Shown here piece after piece: positions 8,156 through 18,304 of a DNA stretch of 41,038 bases (position 1 is the stretch's first letter; each line of letters opens with the position of its first letter). The position numbers and the translations under genes are program-made. Source of the DNA: an uncultured Clostridium sp. (lineage in GTDB: Bacteria; Bacillota; Clostridia; TANB77; CAG-508); contig CAOJZE010000001.1 in NCBI GenBank assembly GCA_948466095.1, forward strand, positions 1-41,038, in the 5' to 3' direction. The notes beneath the pieces were generated by a model that saw only the letters and a list, made by a program, of their open reading frames with translations, was not told the origin of the DNA and did not search any database.

Positions 8156-8743
8156 ATGGATAAAAACAATAAAATTTTACCACCAATAATTGCCTGTATT
8201 CTAAGTATAGTAATAGGACAAGTTGTTCTGTGGATAATAAATCGTACAGAACTTGAAATAATATCAAATATGTTAGAAGTTTTAATAGCTGTATTAAATT
8301 TTATATTTGTTATATATATATTTAAAAATGACCAAAAATATAGAGAAGAAGAAAGACAATTAAATAAAAGTCAAAAAGAGAAAGAATATTCTTTATATTG
8401 GTATCAAACATTTATATTACCTGATAGTATAAAATATATAAAAGAATTTAAAAATGATTTATTTGTTTTAGTAGACAATAATTTAAAGTCAGGAAATACT
8501 GTTGATAGCGATAAATATGCAGAATATACTAAGTTACATATAAGTTGTAAGAATAATGTTACTGAAATTCTAAAAGTAATATCTCCTAAAACAGAACAAG
8601 CTATAAGAACTAGTTTTTCGAATTTTCAAGATGAATTTAGCAAACTCGTTTATGAAACAGGAACAGTAGAAGATATTAAAAAATCAATTATAGAAAATGA
8701 AACAAAATTACTAGAAATATTATATAAATATGAAATATTTTAA
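8156..8743 (+). CDS. Membrane protein with 2 N-terminal TM helices and a charged helical C-terminal domain
   Basis: The start is 2 nt after the upstream stop. Hydrophobic segments are 'ILPPIIACILSIVIGQVVLWII' and 'MLEVLIAVLNFIFVIYIF', followed by about 135 aa of K/E-rich sequence. No family was recognised. Confidence 0.55.
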   Translation: MDKNNKILPPIIACILSIVIGQVVLWIINRTELEIISNMLEVLIAVLNFIFVIYIFKNDQKYREEERQLNKSQKEKEYSLYWYQTFILPDSIKYIKEFKNDLFVLVDNNLKSGNTVDSDKYAEYTKLHISCKNNVTEILKVISPKTEQAIRTSFSNFQDEFSKLVYETGTVEDIKKSIIENETKLLEILYKYEIF

Positions 8744-8963
8744 TAGTTTCTATTGATAAATATAAAAAGTTATGTTAAATTAAAAACATAGTAATAGACA
8801 AAAAAACACCGATATGGGTATACACTTCTTTGAAACTATTGCTATAACTGATTTTGAAACGGATAATAAGGTGCTTTTTTGATAGGCGTTTTTCGCATAC
8901 GTCCTTCGCTAAGGCACCAACGACGTTTCTGTTCGAACTTTTTATAGAACAGAAAGATACAGA

Positions 8964-8998
8964 AATCAATCAGAAAATAAAATCTGGTTGATTTTTTT
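8964..8998 (+). terminator. Rho-independent terminator
   Basis: Stem ATCAATCAG/CTGGTTGAT (one mismatch) with an AAAATAAAAT loop, followed by a T7 run. Confidence 0.5.
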
Positions 8999-9049
8999 GT
9001 TGCTTAAAAACAATATAAAAATCATCCACACGAAAGGATGGTGCGAAAA

Positions 9050-9241
9050 ATGAAGATAATTAAGCAAGAACTAGAATTTGAGGAATGTCTAAAACAAAGA
9101 CTTGGATTTATATGTGAGTTTTCTAAAGTTACTCCTACTTTATACGCTAATATAGGGACTTTTCGTGCTTTTAAGCAAAAAAGTCAAACGCTAGAAGTGT
9201 TGAAAATACTGGATTGCGAAAAACGAGATAAAAATAATTAA
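9050..9241 (+). CDS. Small hypothetical protein (63 aa)
   Basis: An ORF with AAAGGA about 12 nt upstream of the ATG at 9050. No family was recognised, and it may not be coding. Confidence 0.25.
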   Translation: MKIIKQELEFEECLKQRLGFICEFSKVTPTLYANIGTFRAFKQKSQTLEVLKILDCEKRDKNN

Positions 9242-9290
9242 TAAAACCTTTGATTTTCTAAGAAAAAATTTTTTATTCGTTACCACTGCG

Positions 9291-9317
9291 TCCCTCTTGT
9301 CCCTCTTGTCCCTCTTG
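9291..9317. repeat. Perfect 3 x 9-bp tandem repeat (TCCCTCTTG)3
   Basis: Read directly: units at 9291-9299, 9300-9308 and 9309-9317. The last unit supplies the TTG of a TTGACA hexamer at 9315-9320, upstream of dut. Confidence 0.9.
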
Positions 9318-9388
9318 ACAATTGCTATATTTTATGAAAAAATAAGTAAAAATGGAAAGGGAATATCCCATAAAACAAGGAGGAAAAA

Positions 9389-9850
9389 ATGGAAAAATTA
9401 AGAGGATTTGAAATAGCAAAAGGATTTGAAGATAAACAAATCAATTTACCAGTAAGAAAAACAAAATATTCAGCTGGATATGATATTGAAGCAGCAGAAG
9501 ATGTAGTGATACCAAGCTTCAAAAAAGGTATGAACCCTACTTTAGTAAAAACAGGATTAAAGGCGTATATGCAAGAGGATGAGGTTATGTTGTTGTATAA
9601 CAGAAGTTCTAATCCAAAGAAAAAAGGGTTGATTATGGCTAACAGTGTGGGAGTGATTGATAAAGATTATTATGGAAATCTAGATAATGATGGTCATTTC
9701 ATGTTTGCTTTTTATAATATCAAAGAAGAAGATATTACAGTTAAAAAAGGAGAGGCAATTGGTCAAGCTGTCTTCCAAAAGTACCTGATAGTAGATAACG
9801 ACGAGGCACAAGGAGAAAGAATAGGAGGATTTGGCTCTACCAATCAATAA
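9389..9850 (+). CDS. dut: dUTP diphosphatase (trimeric dUTPase)
   Basis: Contains 'SAGYDI', 'NRSS', 'GVIDKDYYG' and the C-terminal 'RIGGFGSTN' dUTPase motifs. Confidence 0.85.
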   Translation: MEKLRGFEIAKGFEDKQINLPVRKTKYSAGYDIEAAEDVVIPSFKKGMNPTLVKTGLKAYMQEDEVMLLYNRSSNPKKKGLIMANSVGVIDKDYYGNLDNDGHFMFAFYNIKEEDITVKKGEAIGQAVFQKYLIVDNDEAQGERIGGFGSTNQ

Positions 9851-9939
9851 AAATCGAAATAAAAAAATTAAAAAAAATTTATGCTTAGAGAATAAAGGGA
9901 TAGAGGTAAAATATACATAAAAAAATTAAGGTAAGGGCT

Positions 9940-9968
9940 TTGACTTTTACCTTTTTTTGTTGTATAAT
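9940..9968 (+). promoter_or_regulatory. SigA-type promoter candidate upstream of carD
   Basis: TTGACT (9940-9945), a 17-nt spacer, then TATAAT (9963-9968). It overlaps a hairpin and T-run that could terminate dut. Confidence 0.35.
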
Positions 9969-10078
9969 AAATATGGTTAAAAAATCCAGTAAAGTTATTA
10001 AATACCATGAATATTTACATAGCTTTATTATCTTTTTTTCGCCGAATATATCAAAGATGCTGAAAGGAGTTGGCTTAC

Positions 10079-10642
10079 ATGTTTAATGTAGGAGACAAAA
10101 TTGTATACCCAATGCATGGAGCAGGGGTAATAGATTCAATAGAGGAAAAAGATATTTTAGGAGAGAAACAATCTTATTACATATTGAAGATGCCTGGAGA
10201 GGTAAAAGTGATGATACCAACAGCGAAGGCAGAAACAGTAGGGGTAAGAAACATTATAGATAAAAGTTCAGCAGATAAAGTAATTGGGATACTAGAGAAA
10301 GATGAAACACAAATGGATAAAAACTGGAATAAGAGATATAGAGATAATATGGATAAAATGAAAAGTGGAGATATTTATGAAATAGCTGATGTAGTAAGAA
10401 ACTTAAGTTTTAAACAAAAAGAAAAAGGATTATCTACTGGTGAAAAGAAGATGTTAAATAATGCGAAACAAATATTAGTGAGTGAATTGGTGTTGGCAGA
10501 ACATGCTTCACAAGATGAGGTAGAACAATTAATAGAAAATAAAATAAATACGTCTTTTATGATGTTTAGAGCAGAAGAAATAAAACCAGAAAGTGTTGTT
10601 AATAAGTTTATACCTTTTGATGGAACAGGAACGAACGATTAA
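10079..10642 (+). CDS. carD: CarD-family transcriptional regulator (RNAP-binding)
   Basis: 'MFNVGDKIVYPMHGAGVIDSIEEKDILGEKQSYYILKM' is a CarD_CdnL_TRCF N-terminal domain. AAGGAG lies upstream of the ATG at 10079. Confidence 0.85.
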   Translation: MFNVGDKIVYPMHGAGVIDSIEEKDILGEKQSYYILKMPGEVKVMIPTAKAETVGVRNIIDKSSADKVIGILEKDETQMDKNWNKRYRDNMDKMKSGDIYEIADVVRNLSFKQKEKGLSTGEKKMLNNAKQILVSELVLAEHASQDEVEQLIENKINTSFMMFRAEEIKPESVVNKFIPFDGTGTND

Positions 10643-10649
10643 TCAAGTG

Positions 10650-10684
10650 TCCAGTTGAAAATAAATTCGACTGGATATTTTTCT
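10650..10684 (+). terminator. Rho-independent terminator after carD
   Basis: Stem TCCAGTTG/CGACTGGA (one G-U pair) followed by TATTTTTTCT. Confidence 0.55.
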
Positions 10685-10839
10685 AATTATCTATTCAAAA
10701 CTTGCCATCAAAAAAGTAAAAAAGTACTTGCAAAGTATTGTTTTTTGGTATAAAATGGATTTACTCAAAGAATTTGGGTAATACTATATAATGAAAAAAG
10801 ATGCTTAAAAACAAATAAACAAATATAGATTTAAATTGA

Positions 10840-11883
<1,044 letters not shown>

Positions 11884-11962
11884 GGAAACAAAGTAGAGTG
11901 ATAAAATTATCAAAATTATCAAAATTACTTGTATTTTAAGAAAAGAAGTGGTAAAATAAGAA

Positions 11963-12008
11963 AAGATTAAAAAAAAACCAATTTTGGTCGAATTTTAATC
12001 TTTTTTTC
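11963..12008 (+). terminator. Probable terminator after gap
   Basis: AAGATTAAAA/TTTTAATCTT 10-bp stem (AT-rich) with an inner ACCAATTTTGGT palindrome, followed by a T-run. Confidence 0.45.
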
Positions 12009-12089
12009 ATTTTACTTAGAAGAAATTACCCAAAAGATTCGTACCTAATAGTAGCTTGTCAATTGAAAAATAGAAAGGAAGTTTTTGCG

Positions 12090-13685
12090 ATGAACACAAA
12101 ATATATTTTTGTAACAGGTGGAGTAGTATCAGGACTAGGAAAAGGAATTACAGCAGCATCTTTAGGAAGATTATTAAAAAATAGAGGGTATAAGGTTACA
12201 ATTCAAAAATTTGACCCTTATATCAACGTAGATCCAGGAACGATGAATCCCTATGAACATGGAGAGGTTTTTGTTACAGATGATGGGGCAGAAACGGACT
12301 TAGATTTAGGACATTACGAAAGATTTATCAATGAAAACCTAACCAAAAATTCAAGTGTTACCATGGGTAAAATTTATCAAAATGTCATTGAAAAAGAGAG
12401 AAGAGGAGATTACTTAGGAAAAACGGTTCAAGTAATTCCGCATATTACGAATGAAATCAAAGAAAAGATATATGGTTTTGAAGAAATGGATACCGATATT
12501 GTTATTACAGAAATAGGAGGAACCGTTGGAGACATTGAAGGACTATCTATTATTGAGGCAATTCGTCAAGTAGGGCTAGAGAAAAATCCAGAAGATGTGA
12601 TTTATATACATGTTACTTTATTGCCATACATTTCTGGTTCCAATGAAATAAAATCGAAACCAACGCAACACTCTGTAAAAGAATTACAAAGTTTTGGAAT
12701 CAAGCCAAACATATTAGTTTGTAGAACAGAGACTGACATTCCAGATAGTATCCGTGAAAAACTATCTCTATTTTGTAATGTCAGAAAGACCAGTGTCATT
12801 CAAAATAAAACGGCAGACAATTTGTATGCAGTTCCACTTATGTTAGAAGAAGAAGGATTAGCAAGAGAAGTTTGCAATCATTTAAAATTAGAGAATTATG
12901 TACCAGATAATAGCAAATGGGAAATGATGGTTGAAAATATTAGAAGTATTGCGGAAGATAAAGTGATTCATATTGCTATTGTTGGGAAATATGTCAAATT
13001 AGAAGATTCTTATATTTCTGTTATGGAGAGCTTGTATCATGCAGGTTTTGCGAATCATGTAAAAGTAAAAGTTCATTTGATTGATTCAGAAACCATAACC
13101 AGTGAAAATGTAGAAAAGAAATTAAAAGATATCGATGGTGTTGTGGTTCCAGGAGGATTTGGAAATCGAGGAATTGAAGGAAAAATTGAAACGATAAAAT
13201 ATGTTAGAGAAAACAAAATTCCATTTTTAGGAATTTGTTTAGGAATGCAGATGGCAGTAGTGGAATTTGCAAGAAATGTATTAGGATTAAAGGATGCGGA
13301 TTCTGCCGAATTAGATGAAAATACAAAAAATCCGATTATTCATATCATGGAGGAACAAAAAGGCATTGACAAAAAAGGCGGAACGATGAGATTAGGTGCT
13401 TATCCATGTATTATCAAAGAAGGCACATTGGCAAGCAAAATCTATGGAGAAAAGGAAATATCAGAAAGACACAGACATCGTTATGAATATAATAATGAAT
13501 ACAGACAAAGACTAGAAGAAGCAGGTCTAAAAATTTCAGGAACTTCTCCAGACGGCTTATTAGTAGAAATGGTAGAAATACCAGAACATCCATATTTTAT
13601 AGCGGGACAATTCCATCCAGAGTTAAAATCTAGACCGAATAAACCAGCACCATTATTTGTGGGATTAATAAAAGCATGTTTATAA
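12090..13685 (+). CDS. pyrG: CTP synthase
   Basis: Contains '[16 protein letters not shown]' and the glutamine amidotransferase motifs 'GICLGMQ' and 'RHRHRYE'. Confidence 0.95.
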   Translation: MNTKYIFVTGGVVSGLGKGITAASLGRLLKNRGYKVTIQKFDPYINVDPGTMNPYEHGEVFVTDDGAETDLDLGHYERFINENLTKNSSVTMGKIYQNVIEKERRGDYLGKTVQVIPHITNEIKEKIYGFEEMDTDIVITEIGGTVGDIEGLSIIEAIRQVGLEKNPEDVIYIHVTLLPYISGSNEIKSKPTQHSVKELQSFGIKPNILVCRTETDIPDSIREKLSLFCNVRKTSVIQNKTADNLYAVPLMLEEEGLAREVCNHLKLENYVPDNSKWEMMVENIRSIAEDKVIHIAIVGKYVKLEDSYISVMESLYHAGFANHVKVKVHLIDSETITSENVEKKLKDIDGVVVPGGFGNRGIEGKIETIKYVRENKIPFLGICLGMQMAVVEFARNVLGLKDADSAELDENTKNPIIHIMEEQKGIDKKGGTMRLGAYPCIIKEGTLASKIYGEKEISERHRHRYEYNNEYRQRLEEAGLKISGTSPDGLLVEMVEIPEHPYFIAGQFHPELKSRPNKPAPLFVGLIKACL

Positions 13686-13697
13686 GGAGAAGAAAAA

Positions 13698-14699
13698 ATG
13701 AAAAGACCGTTGTTTATCATATTTACGGATAAAGATGGAACAATTAATGTAAAAGACAAACAATTAAATCATATATTTCATCTGATTACAACAATGGGTG
13801 GTATGATAGTACCGATTACAGGAAGAACTGTGGGTGATATAGAAGACGATTAAAAAAAACAAGACATTACGCCAGAATTTATGATTGGGGATAATGGAGC
13901 TGTTATCTATTCTACGAGAGAACATGAATTTTTAATGAAAAAACAATTAGATAAGGAAAGAGTGGCATTAATTGTAAAAGATTTCGTAGATAAGGGAGGA
14001 AATCAGCAATTTATTCGATATACAGATGGTCTTAATATTTATGCTGCTAAACAGGGGGAAGTAAAAAAATATTACAAGAAAAATAAAAGAATTATATTAT
14101 GTGATGATATTTACCAGCAAATACAGGAAACGGAGGATATTACTAAAATTACGTTAGCTGGTAGTTTTGAGAATATAAAACAAAGTGCAGAATTTGTAAA
14201 AAGTCTAGGATATTGGACTGATAGAGATGTTACGGAATTTCCTGTTAAGCATTATCAAAATTACAGATTAGATATTGCACAGAAAGATATTAATAAAGGA
14301 GAAGCGGTAAAACGAATGGCTAAAATTCTAAATCCTACTTATGGATATGTTTGTTTGGGGAATGGATTTAACGATTTATCTATGTTTAAAATGGCTATTG
14401 ATGATGGTATGATAGCAGCAATTATGAAAAATTCTTCTCCAGAATTAATACAGGAGATAAAGACATATTCAAAAAGTAAAAAGGGAAGAGTTATGCTAAT
14501 TCCGAAAGATAAAGATTTAGCAAATAAGTATATCTTAAGAATGGCAAAATTATTTGAAACTCATATAAAAACACAAGAAAGAAAAAGAAGACAAAGAGAA
14601 GGACGATTGCCAAATGTACCACGACTAAAAGTGAATGGGGGAAAGCCAACAAAAGTAGAAGACAATGATTTTTTTAAAAGAGAGAATAGATACCACTAA
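13698..14699 (+). pseudogene. Cof-type HAD-IIB hydrolase interrupted by an in-frame TAA (13851-13853)
   Basis: HAD motifs 'FTDKDGT' and 'ITGR' lie before the stop, and 'GDNGAVI' and 'GNGFNDLSMF' after it. Both parts are in the same frame (13698 and 13881 are both 0 mod 3). Confidence 0.7.
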
Positions 14700-14716
14700 A
14701 ATTTTTTAAAAAACTA

Positions 14717-14745
14717 TTGACAAAAATAATAAAAACATTTATAAT
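14717..14745 (+). promoter_or_regulatory. Consensus SigA promoter for the tRNA-Gly pair
   Basis: TTGACA (14717-14722), a 17-nt spacer, then TATAAT (14740-14745), about 22 nt upstream of the first tRNA. Confidence 0.6.
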
Positions 14746-14767
14746 TTATAATTGTTAGGAGAAAAAT

Positions 14768-14841
<74 letters not shown>

Positions 14842-14868
14842 ATTATCCTGACAATTATAATTTTATAT

Positions 14869-14942
14869 GCAGGTGTAGTTCAATGGTAGAACCTTAGCCT
14901 TCCAAGCTAATGACGTGGGTTCGATTCCCACTACCTGCTCCA
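14869..14942 (+). tRNA. tRNA-Gly (anticodon UCC), second tandem copy
   Basis: Identical to the first copy except for a compensatory pair in the anticodon stem (TTAGC/GCTAA instead of TCAGC/GCTGA). Confidence 0.9.
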
Positions 14943-15044
14943 ATTAATAAGTCATTGTATTAGAAAAAGGTCTAGTATAATGGCTTTTTAGAATTTGTCA
15001 GAATGTTTTTTGTGAGTCTTATCTAAAAAAGGAGATATAAAGAT

Positions 15045-15973
15045 ATGAGCCAAAACAATAAAAATGATTTTTTAGATAGCATAGCATTTCCAATAGAAAG
15101 GAAGTTCTTAAATCAAGAATTAATAGAAATGCATATAGAAGAAAAGCAAAAATAAGGTTTCACTGATAAGAAATATGATACTTTCTTTGATGGGAAAGTA
15201 TTACAAATATGTTTTTTTAGTAAGGGATGTAGATGTAGTAAAAATAGAAGTTGTATAATATGTGATTATGGAAAGACTAGAAAAGAAAATTTAACAAAAA
15301 CAGATATAACAGAAATTATGAACGAAATATTTGATAATTTAGAAAAGATGCCAAATGTAATTTTATTAAATAGCCTTGGAAGCGTTTTAGATACACAAGA
15401 AATGCCAATGGAAAATATTATGATATTACTTGAAGAATTATCAAAGATAAATGTAAAAGTAATAATGTTTGAGACGCATTATTTGACTATAAATGCTTCA
15501 ATTTTAGAAATAATAAAACAAAAATTAGAAGATAAAAAAGTTGTAATTGAATTAGGATTAGAGAGTTCTAACAAAGAAGTGAGAGAGAAATGCTTAAACA
15601 AATATGTAGACAATGAAGAATTTACCAAAAGAGTTAATCTTATAAAATCGTTTGGATTTGGAGCAGAAGCTAATATTATTTTTGGAGCTCCATTCTTAAC
15701 TACATCAGAGCAAATGAGAGATACGACTCAAAGCATTCAATGGTGTTTTGAAAATGGTATTGAGATAGTAAATTATATTTATGTTGGTATGGCAATAGAG
15801 AAATAAAATACGATGAAAAAAAGCAAGTATTACCTACGTGTGAAAAAGATGAATATTTTAAGTTAGTGGAGTTTTATCAAAAATTTAACATGGATAAAAA
15901 TCCAGAAAAACGAATAGAATTATTAGAAAGTAATCAATTAAGATTGCTGTGGGAGGAACGAAAGTTCCAGTAA
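15045..15973 (+). pseudogene. Radical SAM-like protein, interrupted by an in-frame TAA (15153-15155) and a frameshift (15764-15806)
   Basis: A Cys cluster 'FFSKGCRCSKNRSCIICDYG' sits between the N-terminal 36 codons and ORF 15318-15806, all in one frame. The C-terminus '...LYLCWYGNREIKYDEKKQVLPTCEKDEYFKLVEFYQKF...' continues in another frame to a TAA at 15971-15973. Confidence 0.55.
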
Positions 15974-15985
15974 TTGTTATGAGCG

Positions 15986-16020
15986 GTAACTAGTTAGAAA
16001 TAATTAGTTGCTAGTTTTTT
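15986..16020. terminator. Possible bidirectional terminator between the convergent rSAM and MFS genes
   Basis: Stem GTAACTAG/TTAGTTGC (with G-U pairs) followed by TAGTTTTTT. Confidence 0.35.
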
Positions 16021-17225
16021 TATACATATTCAATATCTTCTTTCTCATATTCCTCTGGGCGTAATCCAATTCTTTTTTTCATAAAAGCAAGCACCCATAA
16101 AATAATAACAAGTCCAACAACGCCAATTATTAGATAAGCTTGACTAGTAGGATAAAACTCTAGTAGAACACCACCTAAAAAGCTAATCAATATTTAGCCC
16201 AAATTTTTTATCAAATTTTTAACAGACAAGATTTTCGCTCTCGTATTAGAATTCGTAATATTTGTAACATATCTTTCTTCAAAACCACAGTAAGTACCAC
16301 GAAAAAAATGATGAATAAAAAACGCCAACATTACAATCAGGAAAGTTAAGACAAAGTCCAAATGCATAGTACAAACGACACCAACTAGGATAAAAGAAAC
16401 AAAAATAGGGACGGAGATACATGTTAATGTCCTATTTTTAAAGGTATTATGAATTTTACCTTGAAATTTTACCGAAAAACATTGAACAAGGGTTAGAAAT
16501 GCAAATATAATACCAAAATATTGTGGCGATACTTGTAAATCTGACATTAAACTTTTTTCATAGGTAGAAATCATCATTAAAACGCCAACAAATAGAGAGA
16601 TAAAAAGAAATAGTGCTTGTAATCTCTTTGATTTTAAGATAAATCGAAAGCCTTGTTTCATATCTTTGATTGATTTTGATAAAGTGGTTGGTTCTTTGGT
16701 TTCTATTTCAACTTCCTCAAAACGATAAGCAATTATCACAGCTAATAGTGATACAAAAGTAGATAAAATAAGAGGAATATAGGGATTAACGACAAATAAA
16801 TAACCAGTAAATACAGAGGTTATAGTACTTAAAGCATAACTGAAAGAAGAACCTCTTGCATTGATGTTGCCAAAAGAGTTTTTTTCTTTTCCCATTTTGG
16901 TAGAGTCATATAATAGGGTATTTCTAGCAATGTCTTTTATGGCATTTCCAAAAGCAGACATGAAATAGGCCATAATTAAGATAACAAAATGGTTGGCAAA
17001 AATCATCAAGGCGATTTGAATGGTTGCAAAGGTAGTGCCTAATAATAATGCTTTTCTACTACCAATTCGTTCGATTAAAATGGCAGAAGGTATTTGAAGG
17101 AGCAATAAAAATAAAGAATAGATAGATTCTGCATACATTACCTTTGCTGGTGAAATTATACTATATAGAATAAAAAAATACCATAATTCGATTAAAATTT
17201 GTTGTGTTTTTATATTGCTAATCAT
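16020..17225 (-). pseudogene. MFS transporter interrupted by an in-frame TAA (16194-16196 on the plus strand)
   Basis: A multi-TM MFS-like protein with 'IERIGSRKALLLG'. Reading through the stop continues in frame: 'ILISFLGGVLLEFYPTSQAYLIIGVVGLVIILWVLAFMKKRIGLRPEEYEKEDIEYV*'. Only 44 bp separate it from the divergent gene, and no RBS is visible. Confidence 0.65.
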
Positions 17226-17269
17226 TATAATTTATATTACAATGTAGAAGAATAAAAAAGGAGGCAAAA

Positions 17270-18082
17270 ATGATGATATACACAGACTATCATTTACATA
17301 CAACATTTTCACATGATGGAATTTCTACGATGGAGGAACATATTCAAAATGCTATCAAATTAGGATTAAAAGAAATATGTTTTACAGAACACTATGATAT
17401 ATACGATGGATTAAAAAATAACACATTAAAGACAATCGATGTAGAAAACTATGTAGAAAATTTCAAACAATACCAAGAAAAATACAAAAATCAAATTAAT
17501 TTAAAATTAGGAATCGAGATAGGATTACAACCTGATATCAAAGAAACCATTAGCAATATGGTAAGACAATATCCATTTGATTTTATTATTGGTTCTTCTC
17601 ATATAACCTGTAAAAAAGACATTGCCATGGATGCCAGCTTTTTTGAAGGCCTAACACAAAAAGAGGCTTATACAAAATATTTTAGAGAAGTGTTGGAAAA
17701 TATAAAAATATACGATGAATTTGATGTCTATGGTCATATTGATTATATTGTCAGATATGGTGGATATGAAAATAAAACAATTAAGTATAGCTATTACAAA
17801 GAAATTTTAGATGAGATTCTTATAAATATTATAAACAAAGGAAAGGGGATTGAAATCAATACATCTGGCTATCGATATGGATTGCAAGAACCTCATCCAA
17901 ATTTTGAGATATTGACTCGATATAAAGAATTAGGTGGAAAAATGATAACTATTGGTTCAGATGCCCATAAGATTCAAGATGTGTGTTCTGATTTCGAGAA
18001 AGCAACGGATTTGTTGAAAGAAATTGGCTATACAAGTTATACTGTTTTCAAAAATAGAGAACCTAGATGGATAGACTTGTAA
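17270..18082 (+). CDS. PHP-family histidinol-phosphatase-like hydrolase (HisJ family)
   Basis: 'YTDYHLHTTFSHDG', 'FTEHYD' and 'GSDAH' are PHP-domain metal-ligand motifs. Confidence 0.8.
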   Translation: MMIYTDYHLHTTFSHDGISTMEEHIQNAIKLGLKEICFTEHYDIYDGLKNNTLKTIDVENYVENFKQYQEKYKNQINLKLGIEIGLQPDIKETISNMVRQYPFDFIIGSSHITCKKDIAMDASFFEGLTQKEAYTKYFREVLENIKIYDEFDVYGHIDYIVRYGGYENKTIKYSYYKEILDEILINIINKGKGIEINTSGYRYGLQEPHPNFEILTRYKELGGKMITIGSDAHKIQDVCSDFEKATDLLKEIGYTSYTVFKNREPRWIDL

Positions 18083-18140
18083 ATTTTTTTGATTTAGTGT
18101 AAAATACCAATAGATTGCAAATAATAATAAAAGAGGACAA

Positions 18141-18268
18141 GGTTGAAAAATAATTGGCATTTTGCTAAAGCTGTTCGAGTGAAACGAGTTACAGATTTAG
18201 TATGCAGTTTGTGAAGCAAACTGTATTCATTGGATTTGCCTAGCCAAATATCCAATTCTTTTCCAACC
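18141..18268. repeat. Palindromic intergenic element E (imperfect 31-bp inverted arms)
   Basis: GGTTGAAAAATAATTGGCATTTTGCTAAAGC (18141-18171) pairs with the reverse complement of GCCTAGCCAAATATCCAATTCTTTTCCAACC (18238-18268). An inner hairpin CAGTTTG/CAAACTG is present. Confidence 0.65.
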
Positions 18269-18304
18269 AGATTTGTGCCTTAAGGATAGGAATGAGAGAA
18301 AAAA

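Larger units (their letters stand above)
1..9241. mobile_element. Partial mobilizable integrated element / genomic island (left end outside the window; right end unresolved, somewhere between 8744 and about 9960)
   Basis: A TnpV-like gene, oriT-like structured region, MobC and relaxase are followed by accessory cargo genes, dinD and an orphan 3-gene cassette. Housekeeping genes begin after about 9.4-10 kb. No recombinase or terminal repeats are visible in the window. Confidence 0.45.

Noticed and set aside
9389-9850. dut as part of the mobile element (phage/PICI-type dUTPase)
   Set aside because: This is plausible because dUTPases are often MGE-borne and the island's right end is unresolved. 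However, no supporting junction, repeat or phage gene is visible, so dut is annotated as an ordinary gene with the boundary left open.
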